From Candidatus Hydrogenedentota bacterium (GTDB taxonomy: Bacteria; Hydrogenedentota; Hydrogenedentia; Hydrogenedentales; JAEUWI01): a stretch of 64,000 nt of DNA. How positions within the stretch are numbered: the first letter of the stretch is position 1; each line of letters begins with the position of its first letter. Positions 20,137 to 29,687 of this stretch are shown here, one piece after another. The position numbers and the translations under genes are program-made. Below the pieces are notes generated by a model, which was given only the letters and a program-made list of their open reading frames with translations, was not told the DNA's origin and searched no databases. The stretch is from positions 1-64,000 of the forward strand of contig JAXMOL010000001.1 of the NCBI GenBank assembly GCA_034669905.1, given 5' to 3'.

Positions 20137-22203
20137 TCAGCCACCACCCGACTGGCGAAGGACCATGATGGTCCGACTCCGAATCTGGACGCTTTCGGCG
20201 ACCCAGCTGATCTCTCCCCCTGACAGTGTCTGCCTGGCCTCTGGCGCCGTATTCAAACAGACTTCCCACCGCCCCGACGGCAAGACAAAGGGCCGTGTCT
20301 TGTCGGTGCTGTTGAAGATCAAATAGAGCCGATCGCCCCCATTGGCCGGGCCAGTAATTTCGTAGGCCAGTTCGAGCGCATCGCTGTTCCAGTCGACAGG
20401 TCCCCCGTCCGAACCAAACCAACGCACTTCGTCCTCATCGGCGCGAAAGTAGGTCTGGCGCATGAGGGCGGGCTGGGCCTTCCGAAAGGCAATCAGCGCT
20501 TCCGTAAACTGGTAGAGTTCCTTATTGGCCTCCAGCAGGGTCCAGTCAAACCACGAGATCCCGTTGTCCTGACAGTAGGCATTGTTGTTTCCACGTTGGG
20601 TCCGCCCGAATTCATCCCCCCCCAACAGCATGGGTACCCCCAGGGACAGGAATAAGGTCGCCAGGTAGTTCTTTTGCATCTGTAGCCGCAGTTCGTTTAC
20701 CCAGGCGGCTTGCGTCTCGCCTTCCACACCGCAATTGATGCTGATGTTGTCATTGCTGCCGTCGCGATTCCCCTCGCCATTGTCCCAATTGTGCTTTCGC
20801 GTATAAGAGACAAGATCCCGCAACGTAAAGCCATCATGACAGGTCACGAAATTGATGCTGTGCGACGGCGTACGTCCGGCGTGTTCATAGACATCCGCAC
20901 TGCCCATCAGACGGGAAGCAAAATCCCCGCGGGTGCCCCGATCCCCGCGCCAATAACGACGCACGTCATCCCGGTAGCGCCCGTTCCACTCGGCCCAGCG
21001 AATATCCCCGAAGGAGCCGACCTGGTAGGCCCCACCGGCATCCCAGGCCTCGGCAATGAGTTTCACATCCCGCAACACCGGATCTTCGGCGATGCGCTCT
21101 ACGAGGGGTGGATTTTCAATGATCTCGCCGTTCTGATCGCGCCCGAGAATGGATGCCAGGTCGAAACGGAATCCATCGACGTGCATGACGGATACCCAAT
21201 AGCGCAAACACTCCAGAATGAAGTCCCGCACAAGGGGATGGTTGCAGTTCACCGTGTTGCCACAGCCGGAATAGTTGAGATACCGGCCATTCTCGTCGAG
21301 AAGATAGAAGATAGAATCGAGCATCCCACGAAAGCAAAGGCTGGGCCCCCGCTCGTCGCCTTCCGACGTGTGATTGAAGACCACATCGAGAATAACTTCC
21401 ATGCCTGCATCATGGACCGCCTGCACCATTTCCCGGAACTCATCCACATGCTCCCAGGTCTCTATGTGGCAGGCATATTGCCCGGTGGGCGCAAAGAACC
21501 CAATACTGCTGTAGCCCCAATAATTGTTGAGCTCCGCCGCACTCGACAAACTGCACCGCCCCAGGCGGGTCTCCCCCATCTCCTGCACCGGTAAGAGCTC
21601 GATAGCCGTAATACCCAGCTTCTTCAGGTAGGGTAATTTTTCGATGAGGCCGCGATAGGTACCCGGATGGCGCACGCCCGATGAGGGATCACGGGTTAAC
21701 CCACGGACGTGGGCCTCGTAAATGACCAACTGGTTCATGGGTATACGGGGACGGGTATCTTCCGAACGCTCGGCGACATCGAGGATGGTCACGCACTTGA
21801 TGGTACCGTCATACACGTTGCCCACAAAGGCTTTCGCGCGCGGGTCCAGCAGATAGGTCTCCGCATTGAAGCGTTGTCCAATTTGGGGCTCCCAGGGGCC
21901 ATCCATGCGATACTTATAATAAACCCCCGGCCCAAGCCCCTGGACGAAAATGGACCATACATCGCCGGTTCGGTGTCGACGTGCGTCGAACTCGAACTCC
22001 CAGACGGGTTCCAGATCATCCACCTTACGAAAGAGACTCAGCCAAACCCGGGTGGCGAAACGGCTCACCACATTGAATCGGACGCCGTCTGGCCGCACGA
22101 TCGGGCCGTGGGGATAAGGACGCCCCGGGGTAACCGCAAGGCTGGCCAGCACCGAGTCCGTCAGGGCAAATGGAGCATATTCAGTGGCAGTATTCTTTGA
22201 CAT
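20137..22203 (-). CDS. glgX: Glycogen debranching enzyme / isoamylase (GH13)
   Basis: NYWGY, DVVFNHT, DGFRFDLA, IAEAWD, CHDGFTL, GNNNAYCQDN. Confidence 0.95.
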   Translation of the reverse strand: MSKNTATEYAPFALTDSVLASLAVTPGRPYPHGPIVRPDGVRFNVVSRFATRVWLSLFRKVDDLEPVWEFEFDARRHRTGDVWSIFVQGLGPGVYYKYRMDGPWEPQIGQRFNAETYLLDPRAKAFVGNVYDGTIKCVTILDVAERSEDTRPRIPMNQLVIYEAHVRGLTRDPSSGVRHPGTYRGLIEKLPYLKKLGITAIELLPVQEMGETRLGRCSLSSAAELNNYWGYSSIGFFAPTGQYACHIETWEHVDEFREMVQAVHDAGMEVILDVVFNHTSEGDERGPSLCFRGMLDSIFYLLDENGRYLNYSGCGNTVNCNHPLVRDFILECLRYWVSVMHVDGFRFDLASILGRDQNGEIIENPPLVERIAEDPVLRDVKLIAEAWDAGGAYQVGSFGDIRWAEWNGRYRDDVRRYWRGDRGTRGDFASRLMGSADVYEHAGRTPSHSINFVTCHDGFTLRDLVSYTRKHNWDNGEGNRDGSNDNISINCGVEGETQAAWVNELRLQMQKNYLATLFLSLGVPMLLGGDEFGRTQRGNNNAYCQDNGISWFDWTLLEANKELYQFTEALIAFRKAQPALMRQTYFRADEDEVRWFGSDGGPVDWNSDALELAYEITGPANGGDRLYLIFNSTDKTRPFVLPSGRWEVCLNTAPEARQTLSGGEISWVAESVQIRSRTIMVLRQSGGG

Positions 22204-22283
22204 GGTGATTTTCTATTCCAGATACGCCGTATCCGTGTTTTGGGGGGGCATCCCAACGCGACTCCCCCGTTCTCGCACATTCT

Positions 22284-23234
22284 TCAGCCCTTCCACTCCT
22301 CCGCATCCGGCAGAATAGCGTCCCAATCGAAGGGGGTGTCGCCTGCTTCCGCTTCTTGTTCTTCCTCCGCTTCCCAACGGCGCACGATAGCACGGTTACG
22401 CCAGTGGCGCACAAGGAAGGCAAGAATACATAGAAAGCTGATCGCACCCCAGAAGGAACCGGTCCGCAATACCGAAATGAGGGTAAGCAGCCAGAGACTG
22501 GCTTGATATCGTTCCCAGAATTCCCCGGGGCTCATGCCGCCATGGGTCACCAATGACGCGGCAAAGGTCTCGTCTTTCGTCCCCAACACCACCGCCCAGA
22601 AGGCGTCTTCCCCCAACTGATCCCGGAGCTCCCGGGTCATAGACAGGGCCTGGGCATAGGCGTTTCCGAACTGGTGATCGGAGCCCGGCATGGCAAAGGC
22701 ACGGTCCAGCTCCCGCAACGGGATCATCTGCCCAGACAGGTGCATTTGCGCCACCTGAAGGGTACTCCCCCACCGCAACTCGTTGGCCAGCAACATGCAG
22801 ACCCCTTCATTGAGCCACCGGGGCAACTTGGCCGTGTCGGTATTTCGATGGAGCAATACGTGGACCAGTTCATGGCGCACGGTGCCGCGATAGTCGTCCC
22901 CCAGGGTACGGAGCCGGGGCGATTTCAGGGCGATAAGGCTCTGGGAAGCCCGGGTCACGCCATTGACCCCCACATGGGCATAGGTCCCGCTGAGGCCGAG
23001 AAACTCGTTGAGGCTGGAAGCGATACGTACCCGTACGGTCTCTTCGCCAAGGGGCAGGTAGGGCGCAAACTCCGCTCCAGCGGCCTCCAGATAGGCCAGG
23101 GTATCCTCCGCCACGTCCCTGTCTTCCGCATCGAAATCGACGACGAAGGGGACGCGGGCGAAGGTTTCCGCCGGGGAAGGGCAGATGCCTCCGACAAGTA
23201 ACAGCGCGAATCCTATAAGACTTCCTGATTTCAT
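22284..23234 (-). CDS. Peptidase MA-family (gluzincin-like) metallohydrolase, membrane anchored
   Basis: Signal peptide; HELVH plus PRWLNEG; C-terminal TM helix. Confidence 0.8.
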   Translation of the reverse strand: MKSGSLIGFALLLVGGICPSPAETFARVPFVVDFDAEDRDVAEDTLAYLEAAGAEFAPYLPLGEETVRVRIASSLNEFLGLSGTYAHVGVNGVTRASQSLIALKSPRLRTLGDDYRGTVRHELVHVLLHRNTDTAKLPRWLNEGVCMLLANELRWGSTLQVAQMHLSGQMIPLRELDRAFAMPGSDHQFGNAYAQALSMTRELRDQLGEDAFWAVVLGTKDETFAASLVTHGGMSPGEFWERYQASLWLLTLISVLRTGSFWGAISFLCILAFLVRHWRNRAIVRRWEAEEEQEAEAGDTPFDWDAILPDAEEWKG

Positions 23235-23388
23235 GGGCTGATTGTACCCCATTTGGCACCCTCTTTGCCGGGAATACCCCCCCTGCCTGAGGCCCTATCG
23301 CCATCGGGGTGCCCCGGATGCTTTGAACACTTGGCGGGCACTGTGCTAGCATACGGCGCTGTAAACCCCCTCCGAAAGTACCCTTTTT

Positions 23389-25380
23389 ATGCTGAATGTT
23401 GGCACCAACGGCGAAAGCGCCGCTCCCCGTCCTGACACGCCGAAAGGCTCCGCCTGGACCGTCTATCGCCGTCTTCTCGCCTACACCTGGCAATACAAGG
23501 TGCGGCTTATCGTCTCGCTCCTCTTTGCGGTCTTCATCGCGGTCTCGTTCACGACCATGCTGATTGCCGTGCGGGAAGTGGTTAACCTCACCTACTACGA
23601 GGCTGAGTTTGACAAGATCACCGGGGAATTGCTCCACGAAGACCCTCAGATAAGCCATGTGGCCGCCATCCAGACGGCCCAACAGTCCCTTCGTGACGCC
23701 ATTGTCTGGCTCCCCGGCGATTTCTGGGAGTCGTTTCTGACGGTGCCCGATATTGAGCCCGGATTCCGTGCCATGGTGGCCTCCATGCGGGAAAAACGTT
23801 TCACGGTCATGAAGGTCACCTGTATCCTGCTGATCATCTTCTCGTTGGCGGTCGGCATTGCCCGGTTTCTACAGGAATTCTTTGCCGGGACCATCAGCGC
23901 CAATGTCTCCACCGAGATGGCGCGGAATATGTACGACAATCTCATGGCCCAATCGGTGGGCTTCTTTGAAACCAGTACCACGGGTGACGTGCTGGCCCGT
24001 TTTACCAACGACATCTTTATGGTCAATCGGGGCCTCGAAGGGGTACTCGTCAAGGTGATGCGCGAGCCCGTGAAGGCGGTCTGCTTCCTCGGATTCGCCC
24101 TCTACACAGACCCCGTGCTCACCTTAATCGGGGTCTGCGGCTTGCCTCCGGTCGCCCTTATTCTGACCAAAATCGGCATGAAGATGCGCAAGAGTGTGCG
24201 CCGCTCGCTGGAAAAGATCTCCAGCATGGCTTCCGTCGTCCATGAAACGGTCAACGGTATCGCCATCGTCAAGGTCTTCACCATGGAAGACTACGAAATC
24301 GGTCGGGTCCGGGCAGAAATCGCCCGGCTTCGCAAGTTCCTCTACCAGATGGTCCGTCTCCATGCCACCACCGGCCCCGTGACCGAGTTCATCCTGGTCA
24401 TCGGCGTGGCCCTCTTCCTCCTGGTGGCCGGGCAACGTATGGACAGTGGACAGCTCGATCGCGGCGAGATGTTGACCCTGTTGCTGGCCCTGGCCATGTT
24501 GCTGGATCCGGTCCGAAAACTCTCTGCCGTGAACAACATGGTGCAAACCAGCATCGCCAGTGCCGAGCGGGTCTTCGAGTTTATCGACATGAAACCCCAC
24601 GTGGACGAAGGACTGAACACCGGCACCCTCCCCACCATGAAACAAGGCATCCGTTTTGACCATGTACGCTTTGGCTACAATCCGGCGGAACCCGTGTTAA
24701 AAGATTTTTGCCTGGACGTTCCAAAAGGGGAGACCGTGGCGCTGGTCGGCCTCAGTGGCTCGGGTAAGAGCACCTTTATCAAGTTGCTGCCCCGCTTCTA
24801 CGATGTACAGTCCGGGTCGATTTCTATCGATGGCACGGATATTCGCACCGTATCGGCCCGGAGCCTCCGTGCACAAATCAGCCTCGTCACCCAGGACACC
24901 ATCCTCTTCGCGGAAACGGTGCGGGAAAACATCGCGGCCGGCCACACCGATTACACCGACGAACAAATTGTGCAGGCCGCCAAAGCCGCCAATGCCGCGG
25001 AATTCATCGAGAAGCTGCCCAAGGGATACGACACCCGCCTGGATGAAGCGGGCAGTACGCTTTCCGGTGGTCAGCGCCAACGCCTGGCCATTGCCCGGGC
25101 CTTTATCAAAGACCCGAGTATCCTCATTCTGGATGAGGCCACGTCGAGTCTGGACACGGAAAGCGAGCGCCTGATTCAGGATGCGCTGGACCATTTCCTG
25201 GACGGGCGGACGGCCTTTGTCATCGCCCACCGGCTTTCGACCATTCAGCGGGCGGACCGGATTCTCGTGATTCAGGAAGGCACCATTGCGGAGCAGGGCA
25301 ACCATGAGGTGTTGATGGCCCGGAAAGGGGTCTACTACCGCCTGTATATGACCCAGTTTGGCGGCAAGGAGGAGTCATAG
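23389..25380 (+). CDS. MsbA-like ABC transporter permease/ATP-binding fusion
   Basis: N-terminal TM domain; GLSGSGKST, LSGGQRQR, ILILDEA, IAHRLST. Confidence 0.92.
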   Translation: MLNVGTNGESAAPRPDTPKGSAWTVYRRLLAYTWQYKVRLIVSLLFAVFIAVSFTTMLIAVREVVNLTYYEAEFDKITGELLHEDPQISHVAAIQTAQQSLRDAIVWLPGDFWESFLTVPDIEPGFRAMVASMREKRFTVMKVTCILLIIFSLAVGIARFLQEFFAGTISANVSTEMARNMYDNLMAQSVGFFETSTTGDVLARFTNDIFMVNRGLEGVLVKVMREPVKAVCFLGFALYTDPVLTLIGVCGLPPVALILTKIGMKMRKSVRRSLEKISSMASVVHETVNGIAIVKVFTMEDYEIGRVRAEIARLRKFLYQMVRLHATTGPVTEFILVIGVALFLLVAGQRMDSGQLDRGEMLTLLLALAMLLDPVRKLSAVNNMVQTSIASAERVFEFIDMKPHVDEGLNTGTLPTMKQGIRFDHVRFGYNPAEPVLKDFCLDVPKGETVALVGLSGSGKSTFIKLLPRFYDVQSGSISIDGTDIRTVSARSLRAQISLVTQDTILFAETVRENIAAGHTDYTDEQIVQAAKAANAAEFIEKLPKGYDTRLDEAGSTLSGGQRQRLAIARAFIKDPSILILDEATSSLDTESERLIQDALDHFLDGRTAFVIAHRLSTIQRADRILVIQEGTIAEQGNHEVLMARKGVYYRLYMTQFGGKEES

Positions 25381-25382
25381 TC

Positions 25383-26093
25383 ATGCGCGGTTACCTGGCA
25401 GCCGGTCTGGTTGTATTGCTTTCTGCCTGTGGCGGGTCGGACACGCCGTCCGACGAGACGACCGACAAGGCGGTGCCCGTGCCCGTTGAGGCTCCAGATG
25501 GGCCGCCCCCTGCGCCCGAAGCGGAGGCAGCCAGCCCGACGGCCACCTCCTTATTTGCTTCCGTCCAGGTCGTCGATCTGGAGGGAGCCCCCTTGCCCAA
25601 CATGGCGCCCATCGCCACGAAAGAGCCCAACGCCTTTGACGCCCCGGTGGCCACGGGTAGCGCTACGAATCCGGAGGGCCGGGGGACCATTCGGGTACCC
25701 ACCACGGAGCACTTGTACCTGCGCGCCTTCGACCCGACCTTAAACTACTTCCCCAATAATTTCTATGAAGTATTACCGGGGGGCGGTAAGATTGAGGGCG
25801 AGTTGGTGATTCAGATGGTTCCGGCTGCCTCGCTTTCGGTGCAGTTGATTCTACCCAACAATCAACCGGCCGCCAATATGGCCGTGGGGCTCATGCTGTA
25901 CCATCCGACCCGTGGCCCCTGGTGGCCAGCGGAAGCGCAGAGTAACGCGGATGGCTTCGTGACCTTTCCCCATCTGCCAGCAGGCGAATTTGTCTTGCGG
26001 ATGAAAGTGGCGTCTGGTGCACGGCTGGAACACCCCCAGACCGCCCTTGCGCCCCGTAGCGCCGTCGATCTGGGCGTCTTGTCGCTTCAGTAG
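25383..26093 (+). CDS. Lipoprotein with carboxypeptidase-regulatory-like beta domains
   Basis: Lipobox LSAC; Pro/Ala-rich linker; SNADGFVTFPHLPAGEF motif. Confidence 0.7.
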   Translation: MRGYLAAGLVVLLSACGGSDTPSDETTDKAVPVPVEAPDGPPPAPEAEAASPTATSLFASVQVVDLEGAPLPNMAPIATKEPNAFDAPVATGSATNPEGRGTIRVPTTEHLYLRAFDPTLNYFPNNFYEVLPGGGKIEGELVIQMVPAASLSVQLILPNNQPAANMAVGLMLYHPTRGPWWPAEAQSNADGFVTFPHLPAGEFVLRMKVASGARLEHPQTALAPRSAVDLGVLSLQ

Positions 26094-26227
26094 CTTCCCA
26101 GCGCCCCATCGGACCAGCTTTTATTCCCACGGGGGAACGTGGTACCATCCCAACCAATAATCAACCGTTTCACCACCCTGCGGCTGGTGGATTGTACGTG
26201 TTAATACCTATCCAAGGAGGAGGCGTC

Positions 26228-26374
26228 ATGCAGTCGTCGCTGATTATCGAATCCAATGGCTCCAACAAAGAAAAGTTGGACCAGATGCTGAAGGAAGGCT
26301 GGACGGTCGTTTCGATCACGGCCAACCACGGCAAGAGCTACAATGACTTTCTGGTTATCGTAGAAAAAGACTGA
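26228..26374 (+). CDS. 48-aa small protein (DUF4177-like fold suspected)
   Basis: AGGAGGAGG RBS; MQSSLIIESNG...EGWTVV...FLVIVEKD; paralog at 47781-47927. Confidence 0.8.
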   Translation: MQSSLIIESNGSNKEKLDQMLKEGWTVVSITANHGKSYNDFLVIVEKD

Positions 26375-26396
26375 GCATCGTCTTTAGCGTGATTAA

Positions 26397-26430
26397 AAAA
26401 GGCCCTGGAACTGAGGTTCCAGGGCCTTTT
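26397..26430. terminator. Bidirectional rho-independent terminator
   Basis: AAAAGGCCCTGGAAC-TGAG-GTTCCAGGGCCTTTT between convergent genes. Confidence 0.9.
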
Positions 26431-26456
26431 CTCGTCGTCATGAATCTCTCGGCTGC

Positions 26457-27428
26457 TTAGATGGGATCGCCCTCTTTCCACTCAAAAATCAATTCGGGAT
26501 TGTCGAAGTAGCGCTTGATGTGTTTTCCGAAGGGGAAGGCTTCTCCCGCATCAAAAGCGCGGTGATCCATCGAGCCGGTCACGGTGATGGTGTACCGGGG
26601 CACCACTTCGCCATCCACGACCCAGGGGGCCAACTTCAGGTCACCGATACCAAACATCATGACTTCCGGGGGAATAATCACGGTGACGGTCTGGTTCCCG
26701 GAAATCATCATGCCGATATTGGCCACCGTGCAGGTGGAACCCAGTATGTCATCGACTTTGAGCTTCTGCTCTTCGGGGATCTTGTCATAGCCGGGCTCCG
26801 GCTTGGGGCGCTGCCACAGCATGCCCCGCAAGGTGATCCACAGGGCGCCAAAGGCCTTGAGATCCAACTGGCGGATCCCTTCCCAGGCGTAGATTCGGGC
26901 CGCTTCAAAATAGAGTTGCTCGGGATCGGTCCGGCGGGCGCGCCGCACGAGGTCGCGCATTTCCGAGGCCACCTGTTCCAGCGATTTGAGGTGGGGATTC
27001 CGCAACACCGGGCGCACGACGCCGTATTTGGTGTGGGCGGTAAAACTCAGGTTGATGTCTTCGGCACGGTAGAGGGTACCCCCGTTCAAGATGGGCGCAT
27101 AATCGATGAATCCATTCATGCAGGGGGTATGATGAAGACCATGGGCGATGGCCTTGAGAAAGAAAGCGGAGAAGTTTTTGTGGATAGCCCGGCGGAAGAG
27201 ATCTTTCTCGGTCATGCCGGAGGCTTTCTCGGCGATTTCCCCCTCTTTGGCCTGTCCGTATTCCACCAGGGGCGTCACATCATACTGGGCCACCATGGCG
27301 GCGTGGGGCGTTTTTCGTGCGGCTTCGGCGAGGAAATAGGCCACCATCTGGCGCAGAAATGAAAAGCGCTGCGCTTCCCTTACCTTGACGTGCTTCCGCA
27401 GATAGGCGACCCGAAAATCTTGAAACAT
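26457..27428 (-). CDS. Stand-alone 2-oxoacid dehydrogenase E2-like acyltransferase catalytic domain
   Basis: GSTCTVANIG, IIPPEVMMFGIG, DHRAFDA; GGGAGAG RBS before ATG 27428; no lipoyl domain. Confidence 0.8.
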   Translation of the reverse strand: MFQDFRVAYLRKHVKVREAQRFSFLRQMVAYFLAEAARKTPHAAMVAQYDVTPLVEYGQAKEGEIAEKASGMTEKDLFRRAIHKNFSAFFLKAIAHGLHHTPCMNGFIDYAPILNGGTLYRAEDINLSFTAHTKYGVVRPVLRNPHLKSLEQVASEMRDLVRRARRTDPEQLYFEAARIYAWEGIRQLDLKAFGALWITLRGMLWQRPKPEPGYDKIPEEQKLKVDDILGSTCTVANIGMMISGNQTVTVIIPPEVMMFGIGDLKLAPWVVDGEVVPRYTITVTGSMDHRAFDAGEAFPFGKHIKRYFDNPELIFEWKEGDPI

Positions 27429-27611
27429 GCATTCTCTCCCTACTCGGTTTAACGCCGCTGAGTATACTGAATGACCGGCCAGTGAGTACAGCCCAGACTT
27501 TGCAGGCCCCCGCCGCCACGGGGTATGATACCCGCTTATTGCAGTGCACTTTTTCATCTGGCAGTGAACTGGTTTCCCCAAGTCGGGGTTGTAAACAGAG
27601 GAGTTCCCGTT

Positions 27612-28478
27612 GTGAAACGTAATTTCATCACTTTCCTGGGCGTCGTCGTCATTGTCGCCGGTATTGTTTTTGTCCGTTCTGCCTTTGAGCAGAGCCCCAA
27701 AACCGAGGCCGAGGTTCAGGAAGCGGAAGAGGCCAAGACCCAGTTGGAAGAGGCGGCCGCCATCACCGATGAAGCCGAAGCTGAGGCGGAACCCGATGTG
27801 GACGAACACGCCCACAGCGAAGGCGACGGCCATGGCCATGAAGCGGAGGGCGAAAAAATGGTCGTGGCCCAGGCCGACGGCACCGAAACGGAAACGCCCA
27901 AGGCCGCTGCGCCAGCGGGTATCGATTCCTTTGAAGAACTCTCCGAGTGGCCTGCCGAGTGCCCCGACGTATTCCGGGTGAAGTTCGACACCTCCACCGG
28001 CCCCTACGTCATCGAAGTCACCAAGTCCTGGGCCCCCATCGGCGCAGAGCGCTTCTATGAAATGTGCAAGGTGGGCTATTTCAATGACGCACGCTATTTC
28101 CGCGTCATCCATGGCTTCATGGTTCAGTTTGGTCTCGCGGCCGATCCCAAGCTGACGGCCCAGTACAAGTCCAAGAACCTCCAGGACGAGCCGGTGCGTA
28201 AGAGCAATCAGCGCGGCAAGATCACCTTCGCCAAGTCGGGTGCGCCCAATTCCCGGACGACCCAGGTCTTCATCAACTATGGTGACAACAGCCGCTTGGA
28301 TGGCATGGGCTTTGCCCCCTTTGGCGAGGTCATCTTCGGCATGGAAAATGTCGACAAAATCACCGACCAGTATGGCGAGCGGCCGAGCCAGGGGGCCATT
28401 ACCTCCCAGGGCAACGCCTATCTCAATAAAGATTTCCCCAATCTCGATTACATCAACAAGGTGACGCTGGTTAAATAA
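27612..28478 (+). CDS. Cyclophilin-type peptidyl-prolyl isomerase, N-terminally anchored
   Basis: N-terminal TM helix; FRVIHGFMVQFG, RTTQVFIN, GFAPFGEV. Confidence 0.9.
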   Translation: MKRNFITFLGVVVIVAGIVFVRSAFEQSPKTEAEVQEAEEAKTQLEEAAAITDEAEAEAEPDVDEHAHSEGDGHGHEAEGEKMVVAQADGTETETPKAAAPAGIDSFEELSEWPAECPDVFRVKFDTSTGPYVIEVTKSWAPIGAERFYEMCKVGYFNDARYFRVIHGFMVQFGLAADPKLTAQYKSKNLQDEPVRKSNQRGKITFAKSGAPNSRTTQVFINYGDNSRLDGMGFAPFGEVIFGMENVDKITDQYGERPSQGAITSQGNAYLNKDFPNLDYINKVTLVK

Positions 28479-28520
28479 GCCTCGGCGCGCCGTTCAAAAA
28501 ACACTGCACAGGAGTCAAGC

Positions 28521-29042
28521 ATGTCTGTCAAAGTCAAAATGGAATGCACCTGCGGCGATTTTGTCGTAGAAATCAACGAAGACTGGGCCCCCAAGGGTGC
28601 GGCCCGCTTTCTTGGCCTCGTAGAAGAGGGCTTCTTCACCGATGTCCGCTTCTTCCGCGTGGTCACCAAGCCCCGCCCCTTCATCGTCCAGTTCGGCATC
28701 CACGGCGACCCGGACGTGTCGGCCAAGTGGCGGGATGAACGCTTCCAGGATGATCCGGTCAAGGAAAGCAATCGCAAGGGCACGTTGACCTTCGCGACGG
28801 CAGGTCCCAACACCCGTACCACCCAGTTGTTCATCAACTACGCGGACAACAGCTTCCTCGACGGCCAGGGCTTCTCCCCCATCGGCGAAGTGGTGGAAAA
28901 CATGGACACGGTGGAAGCCATCTGTGATGAGTATGGCGAAGCCCCCGATCAGGGCATGGTCCAGCATAAGGGCAATGCCTACCTGGAAAAGGAATTCCCC
29001 ATGCTCGACTACATCAAGAAGGCCTACATTCTCGAAGACTAA
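28521..29042 (+). CDS. Cyclophilin-type peptidyl-prolyl isomerase, cytoplasmic
   Basis: FFRVV...FIVQFG, RTTQLFIN, GFSPIGEV; AGGAG RBS. Confidence 0.9.
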   Translation: MSVKVKMECTCGDFVVEINEDWAPKGAARFLGLVEEGFFTDVRFFRVVTKPRPFIVQFGIHGDPDVSAKWRDERFQDDPVKESNRKGTLTFATAGPNTRTTQLFINYADNSFLDGQGFSPIGEVVENMDTVEAICDEYGEAPDQGMVQHKGNAYLEKEFPMLDYIKKAYILED

Positions 29043-29223
29043 GGCCAATTGAGCGAGACGTTACCGCCCGCAGTATCTGATGGTGCTGCGGGCGTTTTGT
29101 TTGGGGGTGATGGACTATGCACGCCAAACGCCGATGGGGCACATTGAAGTGCTATGACTTCGCGCTGCGCGTGTTTGCGATCGTTTAAGGATTTTTCCCC
29201 AATCCACTCCTCCCCTAAACAAG

Positions 29224-29551
29224 ATTGGTGGACTCTTTGGAGTGCGTAAGCTTGCTTACGCTCTGACGGAGTGCGCTTGCTCACGGAAACGCCCGGAGAG
29301 CGGCCACGCGTTGGACCCAGCAAGGGGGGAGCAAGCTCCCCAAAAAAAAGCGGCATCAAGCTGCCGCACTCCAAGGAGTCGCCTGTTCACGCCCATCAGT
29401 TGCACCACCACGAACATCGCGCTGTCCCACCGAGTTCTATTGCCACACGCGACCTCAATCTGAATTGGTGGACTCTTTGGAGTGCGTAAGCTTGCTTACG
29501 CTCTGACGGAGTGCGCTTGCTCACGGAAACGCCCGGAGAGCGGCCACGCGT
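29224..29551. repeat. REP/MITE-like element (29231-29380) plus an identical 88-bp partial copy (29464-29551)
   Basis: Terminal inverted repeats gactctttggagtgcg / cgcactccaaggagtc; 29224-29311 identical to 29464-29551. Confidence 0.85.
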
Positions 29552-29591
29552 AAGGGTGGCACCCTGCATGTCGCTGGTTCCGACGAAAACG

Positions 29592-29657
29592 CCCATTCCC
29601 ATTCCCATTCCCATTCCCATTCCCATTCCCATTCCCATTCCCATTCCCATTCCCATT
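29592..29657. repeat. (CCCATT)11 perfect microsatellite
   Basis: 11 perfect hexamer units, intergenic. Confidence 0.95.
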
Positions 29658-29687
29658 CACTATTCAACATTCAACATTCTAACTTCA

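Noticed and set aside
27429..28112. N-terminal extension of the 551-aa E2-like ORF
   Set aside because: Overlaps the divergent cyclophilin gene and promoter; a good RBS and ATG exist at 27428
29224..29551. Possible CRISPR array
   Set aside because: Only two 88-bp copies 240 bp apart; wrong repeat and spacer sizes; no cas genes
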